A DNA stretch of 34,647 nucleotides, taken from an uncultured bacterium. Its GTDB lineage: Bacteria > CAZSTA01. Under the pieces are notes generated by a model. It saw nothing but the letters and a program-made list of their open reading frames with translations. It was not told where the DNA came from and did not search any database. Positions 8,194 through 18,012 of this stretch are shown in pieces (positions within the stretch are counted from its first letter, which is position 1; each line of letters opens with the position of its first letter). The stretch covers positions 1 through 34,647 of the forward strand of contig CAZSTA010000014.1 of assembly GCA_964609495.1 (NCBI GenBank), given 5' to 3'. The translations under genes and the position numbers were made by a program.

Positions 8194-9029
8194 TTTTTCT
8201 CCTCGAAATCCAAGCTCATATCTAATATCCCCGCAGAATGGGTTATCGCGCCACTGGAGATCACATCGACACCTGTCTGAGCGATCTTCCTGATGTTATC
8301 TAAGGTTATATTACCTGAAGCCTCTACGAGAGCTTCCCCATCTATAATCTGGACAGCCTCTTTCATATCCTCTGGACTCATATTATCTAGCATAATAATA
8401 TCTGCGCGCGCCCTTAAAGCCTCCCTAACCTGCTCTAAATTTGTTACTTCTACTTCTACCTTCATCGTATGAGGTATAGCCTCTCGAGCCTTTCTCACTG
8501 CCTCGGATATGCTTCCCAAGGCAACGATATGATTATCCTTGATCATTACCGCATCGTATAGGCCAAAACGATGGTTATGTCCCCCTCCCACTCTCACCGC
8601 ATATTTTTCTAAGAGTCGCAAATTAGGAGTTGTCTTTCTAGTATCAACGATGCGAACTGGATAGCCTTTAACCGCTTCAACAAAGGTCGCAGTCATTGTA
8701 GCTATGCCTGATAACCTCTGTAGGAAGTTCAGAGCGACTCTCTCCCCCATTAAGATAGAGCGAGCTTGTCCTTCAACCGAGGCTATAATATCTCCCTTCT
8801 CCCCCCTCTGTCCATCTTGTAATTCGGGGACAAAAGAGATCCTCTCATCTAAAATCTTGAAGGTCAATTTTACCAGTATTAGTCCAGCTATTACTCCCTT
8901 GCTCTTGGAGACTATATGGGCTTTAGCCTCAATGTTATCCGGGATCAGAGAAGCGCTGACATCACCAGTCCCTATATCCTCCTGTAAAGCACGCCAGACG
9001 ATCTCTCTCAAAGAGAGATCGTTCATCAT
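8190..9029 (-). CDS. nadC: Quinolinate phosphoribosyltransferase
   Basis: ERVALNFLQRLSGIAT, DTRKTTP, NHRFGLYDAVMIKDNH, IMLDNM, EASGNI; start moved to ATG 9029, just after the nadB stop. Confidence 0.97.
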   Translation of the reverse strand: MMNDLSLREIVWRALQEDIGTGDVSASLIPDNIEAKAHIVSKSKGVIAGLILVKLTFKILDERISFVPELQDGQRGEKGDIIASVEGQARSILMGERVALNFLQRLSGIATMTATFVEAVKGYPVRIVDTRKTTPNLRLLEKYAVRVGGGHNHRFGLYDAVMIKDNHIVALGSISEAVRKAREAIPHTMKVEVEVTNLEQVREALRARADIIMLDNMSPEDMKEAVQIIDGEALVEASGNITLDNIRKIAQTGVDVISSGAITHSAGILDMSLDFEEKK

Positions 9030-9031
9030 CT

Positions 9032-10573
9032 CTAACGGCGAAGGATGATGTGTCTCAGCCAATTAGTATCATCCCTTTCTGGATAATCCACTCGATGGTG
9101 AGCTCCCCTACTCTCGGTTCTGCTCAAAGCCGCTCGAGCGACTAATTCGGAGACCGTTAGCATATTCTTCAATTCCCAACTGGGGGGCTTCTCCTCCTCA
9201 GCTCTCTCCCGCAATTCCTCAAATTTAGCAAGCGCCCTTTTCAAGCCCTCTTCAGAGCGGATAATACCAACTTCGTCCCACATCACTTCCCTGAGCTTCT
9301 CTCGGACCTCTCTAAGATCGGTCGATAACTTTGGAGAGCCGATATCAGGAGTAATGTGGGCTCCTGAAGAGGTCGGAAGTCCATTCTCTATTATGAATTC
9401 TGCTAGACGACTCCCGAAGACCACACATTCCAAAAGGGAATTGCTGGCTAAACGATTGGCTCCATGCACTCCAGTGCAAGCGATCTCTCCTCCCACGAAT
9501 AAGCCCTCTACATTGGATCTCCCGTAGGTATCTACCTTCACCCCTCCCATCAGATAATGGGCTGCAGGGGCGACCGGAATCTGCTGATTGATTATATCCA
9601 ATCCATATCTCGAACAAGTATCAACGATAGTAGGGAAGCGTCTCTTGATGAGAGAAGGAGATAAATGGGTTAGATCTAGATGGACATTAGAGACGTTCGT
9701 CGCTTTCATCTCCTGAATTACGGATCTACTGACGATATCTCGAGGAGCAAGATCGGCTAAGGGATGATATTCACTCATAAAAGCCTCCCCTCGAGAATTG
9801 CGGAGGATGGCGCCCTCTCCTCTCACAGCCTCAGATATCAGGAAGCGAGGGGCAGGAGGGAAACAAAGGGAGGTCGGATGAAATTGGACGAATTCCATAT
9901 CCATAATCTCAGCTCCGGCTCGATAGGCCATCGCCACTCCATCACCAGTAGTTAATTCTGGATTGGTGGTATATTTGTAAATCTGCCCTATTCCTCCCGT
10001 CGCCAAAACCACCACTGGAGCGCGAAATGCGCGTAGCCTCCCTATCCTCGTATCGAAAGCTATTACTCCTGTGCAATGAGAATCATCCATAATTAGATCT
10101 AAGGCAAAGGTATGTTGATGAACCTCAACCCCGGTTATAGATCTCAACTTGGCGATGAGGGCTCGTTCGATCTCGCGCCCAGTCGCATCACCTTGAGCAT
10201 GTAGGACTCGTCTCTTGCTGTGCGCTCCTTCGAGAGTCAAGGCTATTCTTCCATCGCTGGTTTTGTCGAACTTAGTTCCTAGCTCGATCAATTCCTTTAT
10301 TCGTCGAGGGCCCTCCTCGGTTATAATCCGAACAGCTTCCTCATCACAAAGTCCCGCTCCAGCCACTAAAGTATCCTCGGCGTGAAGGGAGGAAGAATCC
10401 CCCTTGGATATGGCCGCGGCGATACCTCCCTGGGCATGCTCGGTATTGCTCTCCTTGAGTTCCTCCTTAGTTATTATCGTCACTGAGAAGTGAGAAGCTA
10501 ACTTTATAGCTACTAACAGCCCAGTCAGACCACTTCCAATAACTACCGCTTGGCTTACTTTCTCCTCTATCAT
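9032..10573 (-). CDS. nadB: L-aspartate oxidase
   Basis: GSGLTG FAD motif, AQGGIAA, EGAHS, QFHPT, LISEAVRGEG, LAPRDIV, AAHYLMGG, GVHGANRLASNSLLE. Confidence 0.97.
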   Translation of the reverse strand: MIEEKVSQAVVIGSGLTGLLVAIKLASHFSVTIITKEELKESNTEHAQGGIAAAISKGDSSSLHAEDTLVAGAGLCDEEAVRIITEEGPRRIKELIELGTKFDKTSDGRIALTLEGAHSKRRVLHAQGDATGREIERALIAKLRSITGVEVHQHTFALDLIMDDSHCTGVIAFDTRIGRLRAFRAPVVVLATGGIGQIYKYTTNPELTTGDGVAMAYRAGAEIMDMEFVQFHPTSLCFPPAPRFLISEAVRGEGAILRNSRGEAFMSEYHPLADLAPRDIVSRSVIQEMKATNVSNVHLDLTHLSPSLIKRRFPTIVDTCSRYGLDIINQQIPVAPAAHYLMGGVKVDTYGRSNVEGLFVGGEIACTGVHGANRLASNSLLECVVFGSRLAEFIIENGLPTSSGAHITPDIGSPKLSTDLREVREKLREVMWDEVGIIRSEEGLKRALAKFEELRERAEEEKPPSWELKNMLTVSELVARAALSRTESRGAHHRVDYPERDDTNWLRHIILRR

Positions 10574-11472
10574 ATCCTCAACATCCGTTCTATAGCGTTG
10601 TAAGCTCTAACTCGAATGTCCTCGGGGACGGTTACATGATATTGATCGTCTTCTAGCGCCCACAAGACCTTCTCCAAGTTGATGAGCTTCATATCAGGAC
10701 ATATCACTAATTCTGAAGGGGAATAAAAGATCTTGTCAGGATTATCATTTCGTAAGGCATGCAATATCCCTAACTCAGTGCCAATTATGAACTCCTTAGC
10801 ATGATTATCCCTAGCATATCGTCTTATAGTTGCGGTGCTTCCCACGAAATCAGCTAAAGCGATCACCTCTGCGGTGCATTCGGGATGAACCGCTACTTTA
10901 GCCTCGGGATGTTCTTCCTTCAACCTCTTTATATCACGAGCCATAACACGATGATGAGTGGGACAGAATCCATTCCACAGGATGATCTCCTTGTTCGTCT
11001 GAGTGGCGACATAAGCTCCTAGACATCTATCAGGGACGAATATTATCTGATCAGCTTCGATCGATTCCACAACCTTTACGGCATTAGAGGATGTGCAACA
11101 GATATCGCTCTCCGCTTTGACCTCTGCGGGGGAGTTCACATAACATACTACCTTCGCGGTGGGATATTTCCTCTTCATCTCTTGTAGCTTATCCACGGTT
11201 ATCATATCCGCCAAGGGACAACCAGCGTCCGAATCGGGCAGCAGAACTCTCTTATCAGGACAGATGATAGCGGCGGTCTCAGCCATAAATTTTACCCCGC
11301 AGAATACGATCACCTCGGCTTCGGTAGCAGCCGCCTTTTGGCTCAATCCCAACGAATCCCCTACATAATCCGCTATATCTTGAACCTCGCCTATCTGATA
11401 TATATGTGCCAAGATAACTGCGTTTCTCTCTCTTCTCAATTTGTCTATCTTCTGGACTATACCGTTTTTCAT
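10570..11472 (-). CDS. nadA: Quinolinate synthase
   Basis: ILAHIYQ, GDSL, FCGVKFMAE, AGCPLAD, YVNS, GFCPTH, HPEC, CPDMK (three Fe-S cysteines). Confidence 0.97.
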   Translation of the reverse strand: MKNGIVQKIDKLRRERNAVILAHIYQIGEVQDIADYVGDSLGLSQKAAATEAEVIVFCGVKFMAETAAIICPDKRVLLPDSDAGCPLADMITVDKLQEMKRKYPTAKVVCYVNSPAEVKAESDICCTSSNAVKVVESIEADQIIFVPDRCLGAYVATQTNKEIILWNGFCPTHHRVMARDIKRLKEEHPEAKVAVHPECTAEVIALADFVGSTATIRRYARDNHAKEFIIGTELGILHALRNDNPDKIFYSPSELVICPDMKLINLEKVLWALEDDQYHVTVPEDIRVRAYNAIERMLRI

Positions 11473-11495
11473 CCATTTCCCCCATTATTCTATTT

Positions 11496-11533
11496 AAAGA
11501 AAGGGGAAGGAAATACGCCTTTCCTCTCCCCTT
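11496..11533 (-). terminator. Probable intrinsic terminator after the SPOR gene
   Basis: Minus strand AAGGGGAGAGGAAA-GGCGTA-TTTCCTTCCCCTT followed by TCTTT. Confidence 0.55.
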
Positions 11534-11560
11534 CCTTGATTATTAAGCTTAATCTCCCCT

Positions 11561-12679
11561 TTACTCGCCTTCGGTGATCTCTATAGTTATTATCTCTATG
11601 GGATATCCCAGATCGATAAGTTCGATAGCCACAGACTCCGCGTCCTCTCTGGAGGTAAATTCGCCTATCCGGAGCTTATACAAGGGAATATCAGCAGATT
11701 CTCTTATCATATACGCCTCGGAATACCCTAATTTCCGCATCTTTGATAAGATGCGCTCGGCATTCTCCTTGAAAGCGAAAGCTCCGACCTGAACTGCCCA
11801 TTTTCCGGTCGGTAGAATCTTAACGTAAATAGGCAATCCTCCTCTTCTTATGCGAGAAGCCTCCTGATAAGCCCGCCCGGAGGTGGCGAATTCATCTATT
11901 TGCACCTTATCAAGATCTACTGGTCTCTCCGTTAGCTCGGTGAAGATCATCCCTCGTTCCTCCAATTTCTTCTCAGCCTTTCTCCTATCCGCCTTGGTAA
12001 CGAAGGGTCCCAGGTGAAGAGTATAGGTCTCATAGGTTTTAATAGTTGGTACAACTTCTGGCTTCTCTACCACATTTCCTACCCACACCATCAGATCAAA
12101 GGGAGTCCCTCCCGGAGGAATATCTTCCCCTATTACCTCAACGGTCCAGGTTCCGCTTACCTCCCTGTTTATATCCCAAATACGGATATTTTCATCTGGT
12201 AAGGAGAGCTGAACTCCCGGATCCTTGCCAGTTATCAGGGTGCCATTATCATACAAATTGAAGAATATCTTTCCCCTTAATATCTCCAATTTAAAAATAG
12301 CGCTATCATAGACTTCATCGAATTCGATCTGTTGGAGATAAGTCTCCCTAAGCTTTATAACTCCACGGAGGTTAGTATGAACTGTTTTAAAAGCCTCCGG
12401 TCCTGGCTTCCCCTCGATACATTCTAGCTCTGATAACCTTTTACTTATCATCTTGGTGAGGGACCTTTTCTCGCGCTCTAAGGGGAAGCCCTGGAGATAG
12501 TAGGAGGCGGTCGTTCCTCCCCAAGATACAGCCAAAGTCGGTATTATCTCTCTGCAATGGTCTTCCATAGTGTCTATAGTCGATAGGATGTTATACTCTT
12601 CCGCATATACTGTTAGACATAATATTAAAGCAAGTGATATCAGACTGAGATTGATAATTCCCCTAGATAAATAATTCAT
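11561..12679 (-). CDS. Secreted SPOR-domain protein
   Basis: Signal peptide; C-terminal SPOR half-repeats such as WAVQVGAFAFKENAERILSKMRKLGY and YKLRIGEFTSREDAESVAIELIDLGY. Confidence 0.82.
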   Translation of the reverse strand: MNYLSRGIINLSLISLALILCLTVYAEEYNILSTIDTMEDHCREIIPTLAVSWGGTTASYYLQGFPLEREKRSLTKMISKRLSELECIEGKPGPEAFKTVHTNLRGVIKLRETYLQQIEFDEVYDSAIFKLEILRGKIFFNLYDNGTLITGKDPGVQLSLPDENIRIWDINREVSGTWTVEVIGEDIPPGGTPFDLMVWVGNVVEKPEVVPTIKTYETYTLHLGPFVTKADRRKAEKKLEERGMIFTELTERPVDLDKVQIDEFATSGRAYQEASRIRRGGLPIYVKILPTGKWAVQVGAFAFKENAERILSKMRKLGYSEAYMIRESADIPLYKLRIGEFTSREDAESVAIELIDLGYPIEIITIEITEGE

Positions 12680-12707
12680 TGCTCCACCTCCTAAATAGGT
12701 TTATTTA

Positions 12708-12736
12708 ATGATAACACAAAGCTCGATTAATGTCAA
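12708..12736 (-). promoter_or_regulatory. sigma70-type promoter of the SPOR gene
   Basis: Minus strand TTGACA-17 bp-TATCAT with TGn extension; GGAGGTGG RBS downstream. Confidence 0.75.
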
Positions 12737-12827
12737 GAATTTCTAGGAAACTTATAAAGTTCTTTCGATGTTAATTAAGATTTGTTTTTGTTCGCTCTCG
12801 AAAATGCACATTAATATAGATATTCCC

Positions 12828-13724
12828 TTACTTATCATTAATAGATGTAAGTGATATCTCATCAAAGCAAGTATCAACCTTAGAATTAGAAAATATACCA
12901 AAATATCCCTCTGAGAGAGAATCATCGTTATAAGTTCCTAATATCTGCCCGTTCAGATAGAGCTTCATTTCCGTGTCTAGACAGGATACTCTGAGAGTAT
13001 TCCAATCCCCTATTAGACAAAATCTTCGGGAGTAAGTGTTCCAATTTTCTATGTTGATCCAAGGACCCTCGAGGGTCTTTCCCAAGATGAAAGAACCGAA
13101 GGAGTTGATCCCAAAGTTATAACAGTTGCCAGAATTCCCCCGAAAACAGAGGCCAAAGGCGTTATTCAGTGAACCTCCCTTCCACTTCACTTTAGCCTCC
13201 AAAATAAAATTCGATTTGATCTCCGAGATGAGGGATACATTAAGATATCCGCTTTGATCTCCTACGACGCAATAGCTTCCATCTTCCGTGGTCCATATCC
13301 CCCTTTTAGCTTCCCAACCTTCGGCATCGCTGAAATCATCGAAGAAGTCCGGAGGGGTTGAAGGAGCAACTGTTATCTCTACGCTATTATCACTCCTTCC
13401 CCCTCTGCCATCAGTCGCTTTTACTCTAATAGTGAAAACTTTGTTCTCCCCAACAAAAGGAGCGTTCCAAGTTACAGAATTATCAGTTATGATGTTCAAC
13501 ACCCCTCCCTCTGCGATCCAGGTATAGGTGAGTGCATCTCCGTCGGGATCGGTTGCTAGAGCGGTTATATCAATCGTTCCCCCTCCTTGAGTCGTTGTCG
13601 TGGAGACGATCACCTCGATCGGTGAAGGGGAATTATTAGGTTTATCGATACTCTCCCTTTCACAACCATTTATCGCCGAGAGGGTAAATAAAGCTATTAA
13701 TATGCTGATAATTTTAAACTTCAT
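12828..13724 (-). CDS. Putative lipoprotein with Ig/PKD-like and ConA-like (DUF1080-type) domains
   Basis: Lipobox-like AINGC; ATDPDGDALTYTW..VKATDGRGG Ig-like motif; FFDDFSD..W....G.W, FGLCFR, WNTLRVSC..LYLNG jelly-roll pattern. Confidence 0.7.
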   Translation of the reverse strand: MKFKIISILIALFTLSAINGCERESIDKPNNSPSPIEVIVSTTTTQGGGTIDITALATDPDGDALTYTWIAEGGVLNIITDNSVTWNAPFVGENKVFTIRVKATDGRGGRSDNSVEITVAPSTPPDFFDDFSDAEGWEAKRGIWTTEDGSYCVVGDQSGYLNVSLISEIKSNFILEAKVKWKGGSLNNAFGLCFRGNSGNCYNFGINSFGSFILGKTLEGPWINIENWNTYSRRFCLIGDWNTLRVSCLDTEMKLYLNGQILGTYNDDSLSEGYFGIFSNSKVDTCFDEISLTSINDK

Positions 13725-13821
13725 ATCTACTCAGACTTGTTATCCTTTCATACCGGTAAGGGTTATTCCCTCGATGAAGTACTGCTGAGCAAAGAAGAAT
13801 ACCATTAGCTATCTTGTTCTA

Positions 13822-13850
13822 ATTATAACCAGAAAAATTTTATTTGTCAA
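13822..13850 (-). promoter_or_regulatory. Consensus sigma70 promoter of the lipoprotein gene
   Basis: Minus strand TTGACA-17 bp-TATAAT. Confidence 0.8.
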
Positions 13851-13945
13851 CTTGAATTAAGAGCCGGCGACGCATATAAATTAGGGACTGGGAAAGCAAG
13901 GATATTAGATTCCCGATTCTATATGCTTCCATTACTAAAATAATG

Positions 13946-13974
13946 TTGACAAATTTAATATCTTTTGATATAAT
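13946..13974 (+). promoter_or_regulatory. Consensus sigma70 promoter
   Basis: TTGACA-17 bp-TATAAT with TGn extension. Confidence 0.8.
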
Positions 13975-14014
13975 ATAAAATATAAGTGAATTAGTTAGAT
14001 TTAGGCGATATCAA

Positions 14015-14029
14015 GTAGTTTCAGCAAAG
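14015..14029 (+). repeat. Isolated MITE terminal repeat
   Basis: GTAGTTTCAGCAAAG matches 14/15 to the TIR at 30200-30214. Confidence 0.45.
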
Positions 14030-14038
14030 CAAATATTC

Positions 14039-14067
14039 TTGACAATAGTTGATAAATAACTTAAAAT
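14039..14067 (+). promoter_or_regulatory. Second sigma70-type promoter
   Basis: TTGACA-17 bp-TAAAAT. Confidence 0.65.
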
Positions 14068-14250
14068 ATAGATAGTTACTCAAGGGGGAAGAATTTAAGG
14101 GAAGATCTTTTGACTTAATCAAATTCGCCTTTTTATGATATAATACTCAAGTGGCGCATAAAAGCTTTTGTCCGAATTTTTAACGTGTCATCTGAGATAG
14201 ATAAACTATATGAGTAATAGCCTTGCTCAAAAACTAAGGGGGATTGGTAA

Positions 14251-14814
14251 GTGGAAAAAAAGCCAGAAAGTAAGAGCAAAAGAGGGAAGATGATAATTAT
14301 ATCTCTCCTGCTGATCTTAGTCGTAATTTTAGTAGGGGTAGCGATAACTCAAACCAGGGTTCAAACTAGGCTGCCAGAAAGAAGAGAAGAGGCGGGTGAA
14401 CTAATCTGGTATGAGTATAATGAGGGCTTGGATAAAGCGAAAGCAGAGAATAAACATATCCTCATCGACTTTTATACCGACTGGTGCAAATGGTGCGAAG
14501 TTATGGATGATGAGACCTATGGTGATGAAGCGGTTAAAGAGATTATTCAAGAAAGCTTCGTGCCAGTAAAGGTAAATACCGAAGCCTCGGATAAGGTTAC
14601 TTACGAGGGGAAGCTAATAACTAAAGTTCAGTTAGCCAGAGTTTACGGCGTAACAGGCTATCCTAACACTTGGTTTTTAAAGCCAGAGGGAACTCCAATC
14701 GCTCCCCTATCAGGATATGTAGAGCCTGAACCCTTCGTTGATGTCCTCAATTATATTAAAGATGACATCTATGAGGAGATGAACTTCAAGGAGTATGTTG
14801 AGAATAAGCGATAA
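14251..14814 (+). CDS. Membrane-anchored thioredoxin-family protein
   Basis: N-terminal TM helix, DFYTDWCKWC active site, YGVTGYP cis-Pro motif. Confidence 0.88.
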   Translation: MEKKPESKSKRGKMIIISLLLILVVILVGVAITQTRVQTRLPERREEAGELIWYEYNEGLDKAKAENKHILIDFYTDWCKWCEVMDDETYGDEAVKEIIQESFVPVKVNTEASDKVTYEGKLITKVQLARVYGVTGYPNTWFLKPEGTPIAPLSGYVEPEPFVDVLNYIKDDIYEEMNFKEYVENKR

Positions 14815-14851
14815 GGTCCAAATTTATGAATGGAGAAGGAGCTAGTAGAAT

Positions 14852-15571
14852 ATGCAATTTGCTCAAGAGGTTTCGCTACTGATGGCGATATCCGCTGGTT
14901 TATTGTCCTTTATCTCTCCCTGCGTTCTTCCCTTGCTTCCGGTTTATATAAGCTACATAACCGGCCTTTCGATAGAGGATTTAACGGCGAAGGAGAGGAC
15001 TAGTGCGCTAAGCCGAGAGATATTCTTAAGCGCGGTGATGTTCGTCTTAGGTTTTACCCTGATCTTCACCCTGATGGGAGCTACCGCCAGCTTGATCGGT
15101 CAATTCTTAATAAAGTATCGGGATACCATTCGTATAATCGCGGGGATTGTTATAATCCTCTTCGGCTTGCATCTAGCAGGAATCTTCAAGATAGGATTCC
15201 TATATAGAGAAAAAAGAGCCGACTTCGCCCAATTTCGATCTTTAGGGTATCTCTCTCCTCTCTTTATGGGGATGGCTTTCACTGCTGGATGGACACCCTG
15301 TATAGGACCTATCCTCTCATCAATTCTGATCTATGCTAGCACTACAAATACTGTTTGGCAAGGGATGGGATTATTAGCTGCTTACTCTCTAGGCTTAGGA
15401 CTCCCTCTTCTGTTGACTGCCCTAGCAGTGAATATTGTTCTCAGCTATCTAGCTAAGCTTAAGAGATATATGGGGGTAATTTCTAAGGTAAGTGGAGTTA
15501 TCCTCATCATAGTCGGGATTCTCATTATCTTCAATTTCTTCCAGCGATTCGCTGGATATCTGACTGGATAG
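14852..15571 (+). CDS. ccdA: CcdA-type transmembrane thiol:disulfide electron transporter
   Basis: AGLLSFISPCVLPL and GWTPCIGPIL motifs, about six TM helices. Confidence 0.93.
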   Translation: MQFAQEVSLLMAISAGLLSFISPCVLPLLPVYISYITGLSIEDLTAKERTSALSREIFLSAVMFVLGFTLIFTLMGATASLIGQFLIKYRDTIRIIAGIVIILFGLHLAGIFKIGFLYREKRADFAQFRSLGYLSPLFMGMAFTAGWTPCIGPILSSILIYASTTNTVWQGMGLLAAYSLGLGLPLLLTALAVNIVLSYLAKLKRYMGVISKVSGVILIIVGILIIFNFFQRFAGYLTG

Positions 15572-15638
15572 TTTGAGGTGATTCGAGCTATCAAAAAAGC
15601 GTCGTTTTGAATTGGAGGTTTAGAGTTTAATATCGAAA

Positions 15639-16316
15639 ATGAACAAATTAGAGAATAAAACCTCGGGCTACTATCGAGTAGAGTGCGATAAAATCGCGGA
15701 TTTCTATGATCAAGTAGTTCGTTTTCTAACCTTCTTCTGTGGAGGGGAGAGAAGAGTTCGGGAGATAGAGGTTCAGTCTGTAGATCCTAAACCAGGGGAG
15801 AGGATATTGGATGTCTGCTGTGGAACGGGAAGTTTGACTATATTACTTAAGGACAGAATAGGAGCGGGAGGGGAGGTAATAGGAATCGATCTAGCACCTC
15901 GGATGCTCAATAAAGTTAAAGGGAAATCTTCGGAAGCATCCCCTTTTCTCGTTCAAGCTAATGCTGAAGCTCTTCCCTTCGCTAGCGATTACTTCGATAA
16001 AGTTGTTATATCTCTGGCTCTTCATGAGATGCCTCAGGAGGCTGTAAAGAATACGCTAAGAGAGATATACAAGGTTCTTCGACCGGGAGGGAGATTGATA
16101 TGCATCGATCTTAATCTTCCGCAAAGTCGTCGGACCTTATTCTTTTTTAAACTGTTTATGTTCCTCGTCGAGAGTCAGACCGCTTGGGATATGTTGAAAA
16201 GAGGTTTGGTGAACGATATCGAAGAAGCCAAATTTTTCATTCTAAGGAGGAAAGCCGTAGGTAACGATTGCCTCCAGGTGATTATAGCGGAGAAGATAGA
16301 AGGAGATCGGTCATAA
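15639..16316 (+). CDS. Class I SAM-dependent methyltransferase (UbiE-like)
   Basis: ILDVCCGTG, GIDLAPRML, AEALPF, VLRPGG motifs. Confidence 0.9.
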   Translation: MNKLENKTSGYYRVECDKIADFYDQVVRFLTFFCGGERRVREIEVQSVDPKPGERILDVCCGTGSLTILLKDRIGAGGEVIGIDLAPRMLNKVKGKSSEASPFLVQANAEALPFASDYFDKVVISLALHEMPQEAVKNTLREIYKVLRPGGRLICIDLNLPQSRRTLFFFKLFMFLVESQTAWDMLKRGLVNDIEEAKFFILRRKAVGNDCLQVIIAEKIEGDRS

Positions 16317-16384
16317 TCTTGGTATCCTTACTAATAGAGAAATTAAGGGGAGATCCCTCCTTCTTCTGAACAAATTAGCTAAAT

Positions 16385-16413
16385 TTGATTTTATCCTTTA
16401 ATTGTTGTATAAT
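16385..16413 (+). promoter_or_regulatory. sigma70-type promoter of the M50 gene
   Basis: TTGATT-17 bp-TATAAT. Confidence 0.6.
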
Positions 16414-16473
16414 AAAGGTGAAATAGGAGCAGTATGATTGTTCTCATAATACTTAAAAGTAGAGAAGACGAAT

Positions 16474-17550
16474 ATGTTAGATATTGAGATGCTAAGTTTT
16501 CAACTTAGAGAGGAAATAAGAGATATATTGGAGGTGCAGGGAAGCACTTTTAGAGAGCGTTATCGGGCAATAGTCTTTGAGGGGAAACTATTGCGGGATC
16601 CCGATTCCGCTTTTCACCTCTTGAAGCAAAGATTTATAAGGTATAGTTATATCCCTTGGTTAACTAAAAACAAAAATCTGGATGTGGTAATGGCTTCTCC
16701 TGCTCCTAAGGTGTCCCCTTCTAATCCAGTTATTAACTTGATCCTATTCATAGCAACGATAGCAACTACGCTCATCGCCGGAGCAGCCTTAGAGGGATAT
16801 AATCTATTCAAAGATCCCTCTAACTTCACTGTGGGGATACCTTTCTCCCTTGCCCTGATGACGATCTTCGGGTTGCATGAGTTTGGTCATTATCTTGTTT
16901 CCCGGAGATATGGGATAGAAGTAACCCTGCCTTACTTTATCCCTGTCCCCTTTGGGCTTTTAGGGACTTTCGGAGCTTTTATCAAAATGAAATCACCCAT
17001 AGATGATCGTAAGGCGCTCTTCGATGTGGGGGTAGCTGGACCTCTCGCAGGATTGATCATAGCGCTTCCCTGCTTGATCTATGGTTTAAAACTCTCTCAA
17101 ATAGTCCCTCATTCTCCCACAGGAAATATCTTCTTTGGAGATTCGCTTCTCACTAGTTTTATATCGAAACTGATATTCAGAGGTGTTCCAGAAGGATATG
17201 ATATCAGCCTGCATCCAATTGCCTTTGCTGGTTGGGTTGGATTGTTATTAACCACCCTCAACCTTTTACCCGCTGGCCAATTGGATGGTGGGCATGTAGC
17301 TTATGCGCTGTTAGGGAGGAATCATCAGATCGTAGCTCGTCTGATCTTTATAACCCTGCTGGGTATGGGTATCTTTTTATGGAAGGGTTGGTTTGTGTGG
17401 ACCTTCTTGATCTTGCTCTTAGGGTTGAGACATCCTCCTCCCTTAAATGACTTAACCGAGCTGGACACCGGAAGAAAGATCCTGGGGGTCATCGTCTTCA
17501 TTATATTTATATTGTTATTCGTCCCAGTTCCTTTTAGAATCTACTGGTAG
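16474..17550 (+). CDS. Site-2 protease family (M50) membrane metallopeptidase
   Basis: HEFGH, LPYFIP, GTFGAFI, AGPLAG, NLLPAGQLDGGH. Confidence 0.94.
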   Translation: MLDIEMLSFQLREEIRDILEVQGSTFRERYRAIVFEGKLLRDPDSAFHLLKQRFIRYSYIPWLTKNKNLDVVMASPAPKVSPSNPVINLILFIATIATTLIAGAALEGYNLFKDPSNFTVGIPFSLALMTIFGLHEFGHYLVSRRYGIEVTLPYFIPVPFGLLGTFGAFIKMKSPIDDRKALFDVGVAGPLAGLIIALPCLIYGLKLSQIVPHSPTGNIFFGDSLLTSFISKLIFRGVPEGYDISLHPIAFAGWVGLLLTTLNLLPAGQLDGGHVAYALLGRNHQIVARLIFITLLGMGIFLWKGWFVWTFLILLLGLRHPPPLNDLTELDTGRKILGVIVFIIFILLFVPVPFRIYW

Positions 17551-17562
17551 GGATGATGTCCA

Positions 17563-18012
17563 ATGGAGAGAGGAGAAATAGGACAAATAATAGAGGTAAA
17601 GGGGAATAAGATAAAGATAGAGTTACCCAGGAAACAATCTTGTGCGAACTGTGGCTCTCCCTTTTGCCATATAGCTGGCGATAAGAAGATGATCATAGAG
17701 GCTCGTTCCCCCTTCGAGGTGAAGGAGGGCCAATATGTAAAAGTTTCTCTAGAACCTAAAGTAGTTATGAAAGCTTCCTTTCTCACTCATATCTTGCCCC
17801 TTGTCGCTTTGATAATAGGAGTGATAATAGGGGGGCGAGTGGGAACTGCCTACAATTTGGGAAAGACAGGAGATCTTTTAGGAGCAATTTTAGGTATATG
17901 GTTTCTATTCCTAGCTTTCTACCTATTAAGAGTTTTCAACTCCCGCTTCGAGAGGAGTGGGGAGTATCTTCCTACGGTGGTAGAGATATTTGGTGAGGGA
18001 AAACAAGTTTGA
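17563..18012 (+). CDS. RseC/MucC family membrane protein
   Basis: SCANCGSPFC cysteine motif, G..VKV, then two TM helices beginning ILPL. Confidence 0.82.
   Translation: MERGEIGQIIEVKGNKIKIELPRKQSCANCGSPFCHIAGDKKMIIEARSPFEVKEGQYVKVSLEPKVVMKASFLTHILPLVALIIGVIIGGRVGTAYNLGKTGDLLGAILGIWFLFLAFYLLRVFNSRFERSGEYLPTVVEIFGEGKQV

Noticed and set aside
15591-15610. TCAAAAAAGCGTCG as a target of the TnpB guide
   Set aside because: Only a gapped partial match with no TTTAT TAM; more likely a weak hairpin.
16434-16487. 17-aa upstream ORF with an AGGAG RBS overlapping the M50 start
   Set aside because: Too short to support, with no attenuator features.
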